Below are positions 29,201-40,807 of a stretch of DNA of 64,000 bases, piece after piece. Position 1 is the stretch's first letter. The number at the start of each line of letters is the position of its first letter. Source of the stretch: Nitrospirota bacterium (GTDB lineage: Bacteria > Nitrospirota > UBA9217); assembly GCA_963845065.1 (NCBI GenBank), contig CAWJQQ010000003.1, positions 128,001-192,000 of the forward strand, read 5' to 3'. Below the pieces are notes generated by a model. That model searched no databases. It had not been told where the DNA came from and saw only the letters and a program-made list of their open reading frames with translations. A program made the translations under genes and the position numbers.

Positions 29201-31642
29201 TTACACTTTTGCAAGGACAGTTGTTTCCTCTTCTTGGAACTCCACTACGCCATTCTTGAGTATTACCGTCACCCTATGAACATCCTTGAATCTTCCTCTG
29301 AGGATATCTTCAGAAAGAGGATCAGCGAGAAATTTCTGTATTGCCCGGCGCATGGGTCTGGCACCATAGGTAGGCTGGAAGTTCTCCCGGATAAGCCATT
29401 CCTTTACGTCCTGGGTCACGGTAAGATGGATGCTTCGGTCATTAATGATTTGAGCATTCAGCTCGGCGACGAGCATATCGACGATTTGCATGAGATGGTC
29501 GTTTGTCAGAGGATGGAATACGACTACTTCATCAATCCTGTTTAAAAATTCGGGGTTAAAAGACCTCTTCAACTCAGAGATTACATTTTCCTTCATTTTA
29601 TCATATTGTGTTTTAGAGTTGTCCTGCTGAAATCCGAGCGTAGTGTCTTTATCGATCATTCTGGCTCCCAAGTTTGACGTCATGATAATGACGGTATTCC
29701 GGAAGTCAACTTTTCTGCCAAAACTGTCTGTCATATATCCGTCATCGAGCACCTGGAGCAGCATATTGAAAATGTCGGGGTGTGCCTTCTCGATTTCGTC
29801 AAAAAGAACCACGGAATAGGGCCTCCGCCGAATCTTTTCTGTCAACTGGCCGCCATCATCATATCCAACATAACCAGGAGGAGAGCCGACGAGTCGTGAA
29901 GAACTGAACTTTTCCATATACTCAGACATGTCCACGCGGATGAGCGCATCTTCGCTGTCAAAGAGGAAGGATGCAAGAGAGCGCGCCAATTCGGTTTTAC
30001 CCACACCGGTTGGCCCAAGGAAGATGAATGAACCGATGGGCTGTTTGCGTGTCTTGAGTCCCACGCGGGAGCGACGAATAGCCCGCGACACAGCATCGAT
30101 GGCAGTATCTTGGCCGACAACCCTCTTATGCAAATCCTCTTCCATGCGAAGCAGCCGTGCAGCCTCCTGTTCCTCGAGTCGCGCAAGTGGAATACCGGTA
30201 ATGTGGGAAACGACCACTGCCACTTCTTCTTCTCCAACCACGGGGACGTTTTTTTCCTGATTGTCCTTCCAATCCTTGTGAATGCCATCTAGGGTTTCGC
30301 GCAGCCGATCTTCTTCTTCATGGATTGATTCGACGCGAACATAATCCTTGATGCGCGAGAATAGGTTCTTTTCTTGTTCAAGCTTCTTTAGTTTTTTCTC
30401 AATGGACTTCATTTCTGTTGGATAAGTATACCGATTGAGCTTTGCTTTGGCACCAGCCTCATCGATCACATCGATTGCCTTATCAGGGAGGAATCTGTCA
30501 GTTATGTAGCGATCAGAAAGACGCGACGCTGCTACGACAGCTTCATCGGTGATCTTGATCTTGTGGTGAGATTCGTATTTCGGCCGGAGGCCTTTAATGA
30601 TATTGATTGTCTCGTCCAGGCTCGGCGGCTGCACATAGATCGGCTGAAAACGCCGCTTGAGTGCTCCGTCCTTTTCAATATGTTTTCTAAACTCATCGAG
30701 CGTCGTGGCGCCGATACACTGGATTTCCCCTCGTGCCAAGGCTGGTTTTAACATGCTCGATGCATCTATCGATCCTTCTGCTGCCCCTGCGCCCACCAGC
30801 GTATGAAGCTCATCGATGAATAGGATGATATTGTCAGCTTGAACGATCTCCTTCATTACAATCTTGAGACGCTCTTCGAACTGACCACGATATTTTGTAC
30901 CCGCGATCAGCGATCCCAAATCGAGGGATACGACTCGCCGATTCATGATGTTCTCGGGTACGTCTCCATTAATAATCCTTTGCGCGAGGCCCTCGACAAT
31001 AGCGGTTTTCCCGATGCCGGGTTCACCGATGATGACAGGGTTGTTTTTTGTTCTGCGGGAGAGAATCTGCAGGACACGGTCTATCTCGTTTTCCCGACCG
31101 ATGACCGGATCCAGCTTTCCGCTCTTAGCCAGTTGTGTGAGGTCCCTGCTAAACTCATCAAGGGCTGGTGTGGGGCTCTTCTTTGCGCTCACCTGGGTGG
31201 CTGCTCTACGAAGATAATTGATCACCAGCTGGCGGGAGCCGAGCAGGTTTACGCCGAAACTGCGAAGGATTTTGCCACCGATCCCTTCTTCTTCACGGAT
31301 AAGGCCGAGGAGAAGGTGTTCACTTCCGATATAATTGTGCCCTAAGAGTCGTGCTTCCTCGACCGCATATTCAAGAACTTTTTTTGCGCGTGGAGTAAAG
31401 GGGATATCGCCGAACGTGAGTGTGTTCCCACTAGAGGGAAGATTCCTTTCGACCTCCATGCGAATCTGATCTACATCGATGCCCATTTTCCTCAATACGG
31501 CGACTGGGATGCCATCCTCTTCGCGAAGCGTTCCTAACAGGATGTGTTCCGTGCCCAGATAATCGTTTTGAAGACGCTCAGCCTCTTCGCGAGCATAAAC
31601 GATAACTTTTCTACCCCGTTCTGTGAATTTTTCGAACATCAT
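29201..31642 (-). CDS. clpC: ATP-dependent Clp protease ATP-binding subunit ClpC
   Basis: MFEKFTER N-terminus with two Clp-N repeats, GEPGIGKT and GPTGVGKT Walker A motifs, LGF loop. Start at MM 31642 after GAAGG. Confidence 0.95.
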   Translation of the reverse strand: MMFEKFTERGRKVIVYAREEAERLQNDYLGTEHILLGTLREEDGIPVAVLRKMGIDVDQIRMEVERNLPSSGNTLTFGDIPFTPRAKKVLEYAVEEARLLGHNYIGSEHLLLGLIREEEGIGGKILRSFGVNLLGSRQLVINYLRRAATQVSAKKSPTPALDEFSRDLTQLAKSGKLDPVIGRENEIDRVLQILSRRTKNNPVIIGEPGIGKTAIVEGLAQRIINGDVPENIMNRRVVSLDLGSLIAGTKYRGQFEERLKIVMKEIVQADNIILFIDELHTLVGAGAAEGSIDASSMLKPALARGEIQCIGATTLDEFRKHIEKDGALKRRFQPIYVQPPSLDETINIIKGLRPKYESHHKIKITDEAVVAASRLSDRYITDRFLPDKAIDVIDEAGAKAKLNRYTYPTEMKSIEKKLKKLEQEKNLFSRIKDYVRVESIHEEEDRLRETLDGIHKDWKDNQEKNVPVVGEEEVAVVVSHITGIPLARLEEQEAARLLRMEEDLHKRVVGQDTAIDAVSRAIRRSRVGLKTRKQPIGSFIFLGPTGVGKTELARSLASFLFDSEDALIRVDMSEYMEKFSSSRLVGSPPGYVGYDDGGQLTEKIRRRPYSVVLFDEIEKAHPDIFNMLLQVLDDGYMTDSFGRKVDFRNTVIIMTSNLGARMIDKDTTLGFQQDNSKTQYDKMKENVISELKRSFNPEFLNRIDEVVVFHPLTNDHLMQIVDMLVAELNAQIINDRSIHLTVTQDVKEWLIRENFQPTYGARPMRRAIQKFLADPLSEDILRGRFKDVHRVTVILKNGVVEFQEEETTVLAKV

Positions 31643-31698
31643 ATCGTAGTAACCGCCTTCAAACATTCTCAGAAAACTCGTTAACCCTTGTTGAATAA

Positions 31699-31728
31699 AA
31701 TATACTCCAATCTGTATGATAAAGTCAA
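31699..31728 (-). promoter_or_regulatory. Candidate sigma-70 promoter of clpC
   Basis: Minus strand TTGACT-18 bp-TATATT. Confidence 0.5.
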
Positions 31729-31895
31729 GATACATTTGTACTTCTGATGCATAGCAATCCTTAAGAAAAGCGTCCTTCTTTGACAGCATAGTAATGGACG
31801 AAATGTCCTCCCTCGGAGTTGCTAAAAAAACATAACCTTGCCGTAAAGTCGGGTATTATAGCGCCATCCTGCGTTCTTGAATGAGCGCTTTTCTG

Positions 31896-31924
31896 TTGAC
31901 ATTGACCTGGTAACATTGTAGTTT
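31896..31924 (+). promoter_or_regulatory. Candidate sigma-70 promoter of GNAT gene
   Basis: TTGACA(31896-31901)-17 bp-TAGTTT(31919-31924). Confidence 0.5.
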
Positions 31925-31930
31925 CTCACT

Positions 31931-32389
31931 ATGATACGCAAAGCGATGCTGGTAGATGTAAAAGACATCCAATCAATCATTAATCAGTGTGCTGATACGG
32001 GCCAGATGCTGCAGCGTACGCTGAATGAAATTTACGAATACCTGCGAGATTTTCATGTATATATTGAGGATAGCACAATCGTGGGCGTGTGCGCCCTGCA
32101 TGTGAGTTGGGACGGGCTAGCAGAAATTCGCTCGCTTGCTGTGCGGCCTGACCGTGTCAAACGGGGTATTGGAAGGAGTTTGGTTCTTCAATCTCTCGCC
32201 GAAGCGGAAAAGCTTGGAGTGAAGAGAGTGTTTGTATTGACCTACCAGAATGGATTTTTCAAAAAACTTGGTTTTACCGATGTCGATAAAAAGGAATTAC
32301 CACATAAGATATGGACCGATTGCCTCAATTGCGTCAAATTCCCGAATTGTGACGAATCCTCGCTCATTATTAATATCGCGCAAAGATAA
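31931..32389 (+). CDS. GNAT N-acetyltransferase, short ArgA-like (N-acetylglutamate synthase) type
   Basis: MIRKA, LAEIRSLAV, RGIG, VFVLTYQ..FFKKLGF, LPHKIWTDCLNCVKFPNCDE. Confidence 0.82.
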   Translation: MIRKAMLVDVKDIQSIINQCADTGQMLQRTLNEIYEYLRDFHVYIEDSTIVGVCALHVSWDGLAEIRSLAVRPDRVKRGIGRSLVLQSLAEAEKLGVKRVFVLTYQNGFFKKLGFTDVDKKELPHKIWTDCLNCVKFPNCDESSLIINIAQR

Positions 32390-32480
32390 TAACATCCTGC
32401 AATGGCATTCGACTTGCATCAAATCTATCGATATAAATGCTAGATGATCGTTATTAATAATTCAATTCAAACAAAACAAT

Positions 32481-33611
32481 ATGTTGAGCCTCTATATCCA
32501 TGTTCCTTTTTGTGTCAGAAAATGCCCCTACTGTGGCTTTTATTCAACACCTTATTCCCTCAAGAGTGCTGACGATTATATAGTTTCACTGGGCAAGGAA
32601 GCTTTAAGATATAAGCACGATTTCAATAATCGTGTGTTCAAAACGATTTATATTGGTGGCGGGACCCCGACGGTCCTTTCCCAAGGACAATCTTTAGGGA
32701 TTATTAAGGTTATTAAAGACCATTTCCAGCAGACCGAAGGTGCTGAGTTCACTATTGAGGCTAATCCGAATTCTGCAACAAAGCAGAGTCTCTCTCTCTG
32801 GAGGTCACTTGGTGTGAATAGACTGAGCCTTGGCATTCAGTCGTTCTCCGATGACGTTCTTCATCAGCTCGGGAGATTGCACACAGGAGGACAGGCTATC
32901 GACGCTTTCCAATTATCAAGAAGCGCTGGATTTCACAACATCGGAATAGATCTTATCTATGGTATACCAGGACAAACCAAGGAACAGTGGGAAGAAACCT
33001 TGGTATTGGCAACCGAATTAGCGCCAGAACATATTTCTATCTACAGTCTTTCGCTCGATGGTGAATCAGAATTCAAACAGCGTGCCGATTCTGGGAAATT
33101 CTTACTGCCGGACGATGAGACGACTGCAGAGAAGTATGAATTCGCTGTTTCAGTACTTCGCGATTCCGGGTATTCCCGGTACGAACTATCGAATTTTTCA
33201 TTGCCTGGTTTAGAATGCAGACATAACATGAATTATTGGGAGCAGGGAGAGTATCTTGGACTGGGACCGAGTGCCTCCTCGTTTATTTCGAGGAGACGCT
33301 TCCATACTGTATCAGATCTCGAAGAGTACACTCGACGTCTGGCGGGTGACGAGCCGATAGTGGAGGATAGCGAAATTATCACAATGGAGCAATCGGCGTA
33401 TGAAAGGCTTCTCTTGGGCCTGCGTACTGCACGCGGAGTTGACCTTCGCCTTTTTCATCAGGAGTTCGGCGACAACACTTTCAACCGGCTTCAGGTAACG
33501 CTTGGGCCTCTTAGTGATGCCGGTTTGCTTCTTATTCAGAACGGACATGTGTGTCTTACCGATCGTGGCATTTTGCTCAGTAATGAGGCTTTGATGCGAA
33601 TGTCAGTTTAA
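32481..33611 (+). CDS. hemW: Radical SAM heme chaperone HemW (HemN-like)
   Basis: LYIHVPFCVRKCPYCGF, YIGGGTPT, EANP, DLIYGIPGQT, YELSNF, HNMNYW. Confidence 0.9.
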   Translation: MLSLYIHVPFCVRKCPYCGFYSTPYSLKSADDYIVSLGKEALRYKHDFNNRVFKTIYIGGGTPTVLSQGQSLGIIKVIKDHFQQTEGAEFTIEANPNSATKQSLSLWRSLGVNRLSLGIQSFSDDVLHQLGRLHTGGQAIDAFQLSRSAGFHNIGIDLIYGIPGQTKEQWEETLVLATELAPEHISIYSLSLDGESEFKQRADSGKFLLPDDETTAEKYEFAVSVLRDSGYSRYELSNFSLPGLECRHNMNYWEQGEYLGLGPSASSFISRRRFHTVSDLEEYTRRLAGDEPIVEDSEIITMEQSAYERLLLGLRTARGVDLRLFHQEFGDNTFNRLQVTLGPLSDAGLLLIQNGHVCLTDRGILLSNEALMRMSV

Positions 33612-33686
33612 ATTTTTGTTTACACCCTCTCATCTCCATGCTATAGTAATCCGTTCTTATTACGATTTTTGGAGGGTGTCTCCTAC

Positions 33687-36017
33687 GTGCAGAAACAGCG
33701 TGCTGCAACTTTCGGGGTCCTCGTATTTTTCATGGTCTCTAGTTTTGCCCTCCCCGGTGTGGCAGATGATGTAAAGGTCACGCTGATCGAAGTACAGGGC
33801 AACAAGAGGATCGAAACCGCAACGATCCTAGCGAAGATAAAAACAAGAGAAGGTGCAGTATTTTCTCCCTCCCAGATCAAGGATGATATCAAGGCCCTGT
33901 ACCAGCTAGGCCACTTTGAAGACATCGAGGTGAAAACTGAAGGATTTGAGAATGGTCTAAAAGTTATCTTTGTTGTTAAAGAAAAGCCGCTAATCAGGGA
34001 AATTACTTTTGAAGGGAATGATGAACTGACCACAGAAAAGCTGAAGGAGGGCCTAACACTGCTGCCCAGGACTGCTTTTAATCTTCAATCGATTAATGAA
34101 GCGGCAGAGAAGATACGGTTGAAATACCAAGATGCGGGTTATTACGAGGCAGTTGTCGTACCTGTGGTCAATGAGTTGAAAGGTGGAGACAGAGATGTTG
34201 TTTTCTATATAGAGGAAGGCCAAAAGGTGAAAATTGCGGATGTTATTTTCACTGGCAATAAAGCTTTGCCCTCTGATGAACTCAAAGATGCGTTGAAAAC
34301 ACAACAATACTGGATCTTTTCCTTTCTCGGTCGCAGCGGCACCCTGAGGACTGAGGAACTCAGGGAAGACTTGGAAACAATTAAGAACCTGTACTACAAC
34401 ACGGGTTATATTCAAGTTCAGGTAGGCGAACCGGTGATTGAACCGAAACAGTTCACCTTCCGTGAATGCTATTTCTGGGGTCCGGAAAAGACTTTTATCC
34501 GGAAAAATGAACTTGTCATACGCATTAATATCAAAGAAGGTGAACAGTTCCGGATAGGTTCCGTGAACATCAAAGGCAATCAGATCATTTCCTCCGATGA
34601 TCTGGAAAAGGAAATAAAACTCAAGCGAGGTGACATCTTCAGCCGCGATGTCCTCCGGCAGGACGTCAACAGGATCATCGACCGCTATGACGGCCTAGCG
34701 CGACCCTTTGCAAACGTCGTTCCGCTCTTCGATATCGATCAGAACAAAAAAACCGTAGCCATTACTATCGACATACAGGAAGGCGGAGAGATCCATATCG
34801 GCAGAATCGATATCACAGGGAACAGCAAGACGAGAGACAAGGTAATTCGGCGTGAGATGCGGCTCGCTGAAGGGGACCTGTACAGCAAAAAGGCGCTTAA
34901 GAGAAGTTATGAGCGGCTGAAGAACCTGAATTTTTTTGAAGACGTCGAGATCGTGCCCCAACAAAGGCAACAGGAACCGATCATGGACCTCGATGTCAAG
35001 GTGAAGGAGAAACTTACAGGTACGCTCAGCGTGGGCGGAGGATACAGTTCGGTCGACAGGCTGGTTGGCATTGCAGAGATAACCCAGGGCAACTTGTTTG
35101 GCCGAGGTGAGCTTGTCAAACTCAAGCTTCAGTGGGGGCAGAAAGGTACGCGTAATCTCTACCAGTTGAGCTTTATGGAACCCTACCTATTTGACCAGCC
35201 TATCTGGGGTAAGGTCGATCTCTATAACCAGACCCAGCAGTATGATGGGTATGAACTGAGGACTAACGGCGTCGGTTTATCAGCGGGAAAAAGTTTTGGC
35301 GAATATGTGACGACCTCACTTCGGTATGGCTTGGACAACACGCTCGTCTCCGATATAACAATAACGGCGCCATTGAACCTTCAACGGCAACTCGACAACT
35401 ATGGTGACCGCATTAACACGAGCGAACTCACATGGAGCCTTGCAAGAGATACCCGCGATTACTACCTTGATCCGAAAACAGGTTCGAAAAACAGTATTTA
35501 TGTCGAATATGCTGGTGGCCCGCTAGGCGGGGACACGAATATCGTGAAGACGGGCGCTGATTCGGCCTGGTACTTCCCCCTGGTTTGGGACTCGGTATTC
35601 ATGGTTCGCGGCCGGTATGGTTATGTGGAGTCTCTTATCAATAAACCCGTTCCTGTTGGAGATCTATTTTATGTAGGAGGCTCTTCTACCGTTCGAGGCT
35701 TCCGATTCGGGTCTGCAGGACCTAAAGATACCTCATTGGATGCCCTGGGCGGTACAAAGGAGATGATTTATAATGCCGAAATAAATTTTCCCATCGTGCC
35801 ATCTGCTAGGCTCAAGGGAGTTATTTTCTATGATACAGGAAAGGGTTTCGACATATACGAACCCGTGAGTTTTTCCGGACTTCACCAGGCCGCCGGCTTT
35901 GGCTTCCAGTGGATTTCTCCTATTGGACCGCTTAAGTTCGAATGGGCATATATCATCCATAAACTGCCAACGGATCAACCAAGCCAGTTTGATTTTTCCA
36001 TGGGGGCCCTGTTCTGA
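33687..36017 (+). CDS. bamA: Outer membrane protein assembly factor BamA
   Basis: Signal peptide, five POTRA repeats, VRGF motif, SPIGPL, C-terminal Phe. GGAGG RBS before GTG 33687. Confidence 0.96.
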   Translation: MQKQRAATFGVLVFFMVSSFALPGVADDVKVTLIEVQGNKRIETATILAKIKTREGAVFSPSQIKDDIKALYQLGHFEDIEVKTEGFENGLKVIFVVKEKPLIREITFEGNDELTTEKLKEGLTLLPRTAFNLQSINEAAEKIRLKYQDAGYYEAVVVPVVNELKGGDRDVVFYIEEGQKVKIADVIFTGNKALPSDELKDALKTQQYWIFSFLGRSGTLRTEELREDLETIKNLYYNTGYIQVQVGEPVIEPKQFTFRECYFWGPEKTFIRKNELVIRINIKEGEQFRIGSVNIKGNQIISSDDLEKEIKLKRGDIFSRDVLRQDVNRIIDRYDGLARPFANVVPLFDIDQNKKTVAITIDIQEGGEIHIGRIDITGNSKTRDKVIRREMRLAEGDLYSKKALKRSYERLKNLNFFEDVEIVPQQRQQEPIMDLDVKVKEKLTGTLSVGGGYSSVDRLVGIAEITQGNLFGRGELVKLKLQWGQKGTRNLYQLSFMEPYLFDQPIWGKVDLYNQTQQYDGYELRTNGVGLSAGKSFGEYVTTSLRYGLDNTLVSDITITAPLNLQRQLDNYGDRINTSELTWSLARDTRDYYLDPKTGSKNSIYVEYAGGPLGGDTNIVKTGADSAWYFPLVWDSVFMVRGRYGYVESLINKPVPVGDLFYVGGSSTVRGFRFGSAGPKDTSLDALGGTKEMIYNAEINFPIVPSARLKGVIFYDTGKGFDIYEPVSFSGLHQAAGFGFQWISPIGPLKFEWAYIIHKLPTDQPSQFDFSMGALF

Positions 36018-36088
36018 AACGGGCGATCTTGCATTATTACGAGCAGGGGTGAATTACCATACATCAATAGATTTTAAGGAGGAGTGTT

Positions 36089-36640
36089 ATGAAGAAAATA
36101 GTTTTTACATTTGTAGCTCTGTTTATTCTGTCTACGAGTGCCATGGCAGCGGGAGAGAAAATTGCCTTCGTCGACACACAGAAGGTGTTTGATAAAACCA
36201 AGCTCGGCAAACAATATCAAGGCATTGTTCGAGAGTATTACGAAAGCCGAAAAAAAATTCTCGACATGGATGCCGATGACATTCAGAAACTTCAGGATGA
36301 CTACGGTAAGCAAAAACAGGCAAAGTTGCTGACCGAAAAGGCCCAAAAAGATAAAGAAGAGACGATCAGAACCAAAATCAACGACTTTCAGAAAAAACGC
36401 GAAGAATTTAGCGGAGAGATCAGCAAGAAAAACGAGGAGCTTTCAGGCGAATTCAACCAGCAGATGGTTGTCGTCCTCAAGGATATTGCGAAAAAAGATA
36501 AGGTTGCTCTTGTGCTGGCGAGGACAATTAACATCCTTTCGAAAGCAGAAGTGCCGTCGGTCCTGTACGGGGATGAAGATCTCGATCTAACTGACAAGGT
36601 GATTGTTGAAATGGACAAACAAGCAAATGCGACAAAATAA
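36089..36640 (+). CDS. skp: Periplasmic chaperone Skp/OmpH
   Basis: Signal peptide, KIAFVD, coiled-coil, DLTDKVI; located between bamA and lpxD. Confidence 0.9.
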   Translation: MKKIVFTFVALFILSTSAMAAGEKIAFVDTQKVFDKTKLGKQYQGIVREYYESRKKILDMDADDIQKLQDDYGKQKQAKLLTEKAQKDKEETIRTKINDFQKKREEFSGEISKKNEELSGEFNQQMVVVLKDIAKKDKVALVLARTINILSKAEVPSVLYGDEDLDLTDKVIVEMDKQANATK

Positions 36641-36674
36641 TCGGTGAGAATCTCTTTGGATAAATGGTGCCGTT

Positions 36675-37721
36675 ATGAGGTTGAAAGAACTGGCAAAAAT
36701 ACTTGGCATTGATGTGTCAGGTCCAGAAGATGTCGAGATCACTGGTGCAGCGGGGCTGCAGGATGCAGGGGAAGGGCAGATAACGTTTGTTGCCGGAACT
36801 GAGTCTCTCAAGGGCCTAGCAAACTCGCGCGCTGCAGCGGCGTTTGTTCCCCTCGACACACCTGAGATGCACCTGCCTCTTGTGCGCGTTAAAAATCCCC
36901 GTTTGGCTTTTGCTCGAGTGCTTAAGATTTTCTACGTCGAGCCATATCACGCCACCGGTATAAGCGACAAGGCAGTAATCGGGCGAAATGTCGTCATGGG
37001 TTCCGATCTTTCCCTTTACCCTTTCGCCGTGGTTGCCGACGGGGCAAGAATAGGTGACCGGGTAACATTGTATCCCGGGGTATATATAGGGAAGGGTTCG
37101 ATCATTGGCGACGATTCCGTCATCTACTCGAATGTAAGCATAGGAGTAAAAGTAGCTATCGGGAAGCGTGTCATTGTCCACGCAGGCACAGAAATTGGAA
37201 GTGATGGGTTCGGATTCGTCACTGATGGAGGCCGACATCATAAAATCCCCCAGATTGGCGGCGTAATCATTGAAGACGATGTAGAAATCGGTGGTAACTG
37301 CTGCGTAGATCGGGCAACGGTCGGTAATACGATAATCAAACAAGGCACCAAAATAGACAACCAAGTACAAGTTGCCCATAATGTCACTATTGGCGAACAC
37401 TGCCTGTTAGCGAGCCAAGTCGGGATCGCGGGCAGTAGTACACTTGGGAATTATGTTGTCTTTGGCGGGCGGGTAGGAGTCGCTGATCATACGAACGTGG
37501 GCGATGGGGTGATGGCAGGCGGTGGGTCTGCTGTCACAAAGGATGTCGAACCAGGGCAAATGATTGCAGGGTTTAATGCCATGCCGGTTAGAAACTGGCT
37601 CAAGGTGCAAGCAGTTCTGCCGAAACTTCCGGAACTCAAAAAAACAGTTGCAAACCTTGAAAAACAGATTAAGGAAATCAAGGAACGAATGCCCAACACG
37701 ACAAAGGGGGAGCAGCGATGA
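36675..37721 (+). CDS. lpxD: UDP-3-O-acyl-glucosamine N-acyltransferase
   Basis: Hexapeptide repeats, [25 protein letters not shown]. Confidence 0.97.
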   Translation: MRLKELAKILGIDVSGPEDVEITGAAGLQDAGEGQITFVAGTESLKGLANSRAAAAFVPLDTPEMHLPLVRVKNPRLAFARVLKIFYVEPYHATGISDKAVIGRNVVMGSDLSLYPFAVVADGARIGDRVTLYPGVYIGKGSIIGDDSVIYSNVSIGVKVAIGKRVIVHAGTEIGSDGFGFVTDGGRHHKIPQIGGVIIEDDVEIGGNCCVDRATVGNTIIKQGTKIDNQVQVAHNVTIGEHCLLASQVGIAGSSTLGNYVVFGGRVGVADHTNVGDGVMAGGGSAVTKDVEPGQMIAGFNAMPVRNWLKVQAVLPKLPELKKTVANLEKQIKEIKERMPNTTKGEQR

Positions 37722-38155
37722 TTGAAATTCAGGAAATAATGGAAACTCTTCCTCACCGGTATCCGTTTTTATTAATTGATAAGATAGTAGAGATGGAATT
37801 AGGTAAGCGGGTAGTTGGCATCAAGAACGTGACGATGAACGAACCTTTTTTCCAGGGGCACTTTCCGGGACATCCGATCATGCCAGGAGTGCTGATCCTC
37901 GAGGCAATGGCTCAGGCCGGAGGTGTGCTGGCGATGAAGTCAGTTCCTCAGGATCAACTGAAGAATAAAGTAATCTATTTCATGAGCATAGATAAAGCCA
38001 AGTTTCGCAAGCCTGTTGTTCCTGGCGATCAACTACGTTTAGAGATTGATGTGATCAAACAGCGCTCCAATATCAGGAGTCTTAAGGCACAGGCGCTGGT
38101 CAGCGGCGTGGTTGTTGCTGAAGCTGAACTGACGGCTATGATTGTGGATAGGTGA
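37718..38155 (+). CDS. fabZ: 3-hydroxyacyl-ACP dehydratase
   Basis: [34 protein letters not shown]. Confidence 0.98.
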   Translation: MIEIQEIMETLPHRYPFLLIDKIVEMELGKRVVGIKNVTMNEPFFQGHFPGHPIMPGVLILEAMAQAGGVLAMKSVPQDQLKNKVIYFMSIDKAKFRKPVVPGDQLRLEIDVIKQRSNIRSLKAQALVSGVVVAEAELTAMIVDR

Positions 38156-38178
38156 TTCTTATGATCCAGGAGAAGTGC

Positions 38179-38952
38179 GTGAGTATTCATCCGGCAGCCA
38201 TAGTACATTCCAACGCCCGGATCGCCGATGGAGTCGAGATCGGGCCCTATTCGGTCATCGGTGAGCATGTAACCATTGGAAAGGACACGAAGATCGCATC
38301 CCATGTGCTGATCGATGGCTGGACAACGATCGGCGAACGGAACCAGATTCATTCGTTTTCCAGTATCGGCACTCCACCACAGGACATCGGATATAAGAAC
38401 GATGAGACGTACTTGATCATCGGCAACGATAATGTCATTAGGGAATGCGCTACGATCCACAGGGCGACGACGAAGGAAGACCGGAGGACGGAGATCGGCG
38501 ATAAGAACTTTCTGATGGCCTACTCCCATGTGGCCCACGACTGCAAACTTGGTAACAACATCATCATGGCCAATTCAGTGGCACTCGGCGGCCATATCGT
38601 AATCGAAGACTATTCTATTCTCGGAGGGATAGTGGCCGTGCATCAGTTCGTACGCATTGGGGCCTATTCCATCATCGGAGGCCAATCTGCGGTAAGTCAG
38701 GATATCCCTCCATATGTCAGCGCCGCAGGTAACAGGGCAAAGCTGTACGGATTGAATCTGGTAGGTCTAAAACGAAGGGGATTCAGCAATGCTGTCATCG
38801 GTACGCTTAAGAAAGCCTATAAGATTATTTTTCGCTCTGGATTGATTCAGGATAAGGCAATCCAGAAAGTTTTGGAAGAGTTTCCTGAGTCGTCTGAGGT
38901 GAGGACTCTTGTGGATTTCATTCGCTCATCAAAGCGTGGAGTAACCCGGTAG
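38179..38952 (+). CDS. lpxA: Acyl-ACP--UDP-sugar acyltransferase LpxA
   Basis: IHPAAIV, PQD, IRE..TIHRAT, HVAHDC, HQFVRIG, GLNLVGLKRRGF. AGGAG before GTG 38179. Confidence 0.97.
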   Translation: MSIHPAAIVHSNARIADGVEIGPYSVIGEHVTIGKDTKIASHVLIDGWTTIGERNQIHSFSSIGTPPQDIGYKNDETYLIIGNDNVIRECATIHRATTKEDRRTEIGDKNFLMAYSHVAHDCKLGNNIIMANSVALGGHIVIEDYSILGGIVAVHQFVRIGAYSIIGGQSAVSQDIPPYVSAAGNRAKLYGLNLVGLKRRGFSNAVIGTLKKAYKIIFRSGLIQDKAIQKVLEEFPESSEVRTLVDFIRSSKRGVTR

Positions 38953-38979
38953 AACGGAGAAAAGAAGACTATTATACAA

Positions 38980-39789
38980 ATGAATAAGATTGGCTTGATT
39001 GCCGGTAATGGGACGTTTCCGATCGCCTTTGCGCAGGCGGCAAAACAGAAGGGGATGCAAGTCATTGCTGTAGCTCACGAAGGTGAAACACCTCCGGAAC
39101 TTGCGCAGTGGGTAGACAGCATCTTCTGGATCAAGGTTGGGCAACTCGGCAAACTCATCTCTATCTTCAAGGATCATGACGTGCACGACGTTTTGATGGC
39201 AGGGGGGATCAAGAAAACCCGTCTCTTTAAAGGCGGAATGCCGGACATGCGTGGAGCTGCTCTTTTAGCCAAGATGCTCTATAAAAAGGATGATTCGATC
39301 CTCCGCGCCGTGGCAGCTGAACTTGAGTCGGAGGGCATTACCGTTCGAGAATCAACGCTCTATCTTGACAATCTATTGACTTCCGCTGGCGTTTTGACAA
39401 AACGAAAGCCGTCCAGGGATGAAAGTAAAGATATTGAGTTCGGCTGGCATATAGCCAAAGAAATCGGCAAATTGGATATTGGCCAGACCGTAGTTGTAAA
39501 AGATCAGGCAATTCTTGCGGTTGAAGCGATAGAAGGGACCGACGAGGCCATTCGCCGCGGCGGACGTCTTTGCGGCCAGGGTGCAGTCGTTGTTAAAATT
39601 TGTAAACCACAGCAGGACTTGCGGTTTGATCTGCCTGCTGTTGGGATGCAGACAATTCAGACGATGCAGGAAGTGAAAGCGAGTTGCTTGGCTATTGAGG
39701 CAGGAAAAACCCTCATTTTTGATCGTGAAAACGTTGCGTTAGAAGCTGACCATAACGGGATTGCTATTGTCGCTGTCGGTAACCAGTGA
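38980..39789 (+). CDS. lpxI: UDP-2,3-diacylglucosamine diphosphatase LpxI
   Basis: IGLIAGNG.FP, LDIGQTVVV, AVEAIEGTD, KPQQDLRFDLP. Confidence 0.93.
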   Translation: MNKIGLIAGNGTFPIAFAQAAKQKGMQVIAVAHEGETPPELAQWVDSIFWIKVGQLGKLISIFKDHDVHDVLMAGGIKKTRLFKGGMPDMRGAALLAKMLYKKDDSILRAVAAELESEGITVRESTLYLDNLLTSAGVLTKRKPSRDESKDIEFGWHIAKEIGKLDIGQTVVVKDQAILAVEAIEGTDEAIRRGGRLCGQGAVVVKICKPQQDLRFDLPAVGMQTIQTMQEVKASCLAIEAGKTLIFDRENVALEADHNGIAIVAVGNQ

Positions 39790-39798
39790 GTATCGAGA

Positions 39799-40791
39799 AT
39801 GAGTAGAGTAAAAGTCGGCATTATCGGCGTCGGGTATCTTGGCAGGTTTCATGCTGAAAAGTATGCAATACATCCGGATGTCTCACTTATTGGTGTCGCT
39901 GATGCAGATCACAACCGATGCGCAGAGATCGCGAGAAATCTGAACACCCGTGCTTTCGATGACCCTAAAGATTTGCTCGGGTTGGTTGATGCGGTGAGCA
40001 TTGTCGTTCCTACTGTGCACCACTACGGTGTGGCAAAACTGTTTCTTGGACAAGGGGTCCACGTCCTGCTCGAGAAACCCATTACAGTAACTCTCAATCA
40101 GGCTGATGAACTTATCGGACTTGCATCCCGCAAAGGACTGATACTTCAGGTCGGGCATATCGAGAGGTTCAACCCAGCGGTCACCGCGTTAAAGGGCAGG
40201 ATCACTTCGCCGCGGTATATGACAGCAGAGCGGGCCGCTCCATTTACGGCCCGCTGCACGGATGTGAATGTAGTGCTTGACCTCATGATCCATGACCTCG
40301 ACATCGTCATTGTCCTTGCCGGCTCAGAGCCGAAGGAACTTTGCGCAGCAGGCGCATCGGTCATTACTCCGGAGATCGATATAGCGACTGCCCGTATCAT
40401 ATTCCAAAGCGGCTGCGTTGCCGATATTACCGCAAGCAGGGTATCAGATGATAAAAAGCGCATGCTTCGCGTGTTCGACAGCGAGGGTATGTATGCTTCC
40501 GACTACCAGGCCCAGAGAGCGACGGTATTACACCGGGGCAGCGGTGTTGGACCCGAACTGGTAGTCCAGGACATCTCAGCGGACCGCTGTGATACGCTGA
40601 ACGAAGAAATCCATGCTTTCATTCATAGCGTTCAATCCGGGGAAAGGCCTCTGGTATCGGGTAGAGATGGGCGGCAAGCACTAGCCATTGCCGGAATGAT
40701 CACCGATATCATCTCCAAAGGAATAACGGGTTTTATTCCGGTAAAAGAATACGACGAACATAGTATTATTGAGCCATCAATGAAAATGTAA
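39799..40791 (+). CDS. gnnA: Gfo/Idh/MocA oxidoreductase, GnnA-like UDP-GlcNAc 3-dehydrogenase
   Basis: GVGYLG..HA, EKPI, VGHIERFNP, DLMIHDLD, ASRVS; located between lpxA/lpxI and lpxB. Confidence 0.75.
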   Translation: MSRVKVGIIGVGYLGRFHAEKYAIHPDVSLIGVADADHNRCAEIARNLNTRAFDDPKDLLGLVDAVSIVVPTVHHYGVAKLFLGQGVHVLLEKPITVTLNQADELIGLASRKGLILQVGHIERFNPAVTALKGRITSPRYMTAERAAPFTARCTDVNVVLDLMIHDLDIVIVLAGSEPKELCAAGASVITPEIDIATARIIFQSGCVADITASRVSDDKKRMLRVFDSEGMYASDYQAQRATVLHRGSGVGPELVVQDISADRCDTLNEEIHAFIHSVQSGERPLVSGRDGRQALAIAGMITDIISKGITGFIPVKEYDEHSIIEPSMKM

Positions 40792-40807
40792 AGGGAGCAA
40801 TCTACGC

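Noticed and set aside
31643..31789. 49-aa N-terminal extension of ClpC from the ORF track
   Set aside because: Homology starts at MFEKFTER with its own RBS, and the extension overlaps a predicted promoter.
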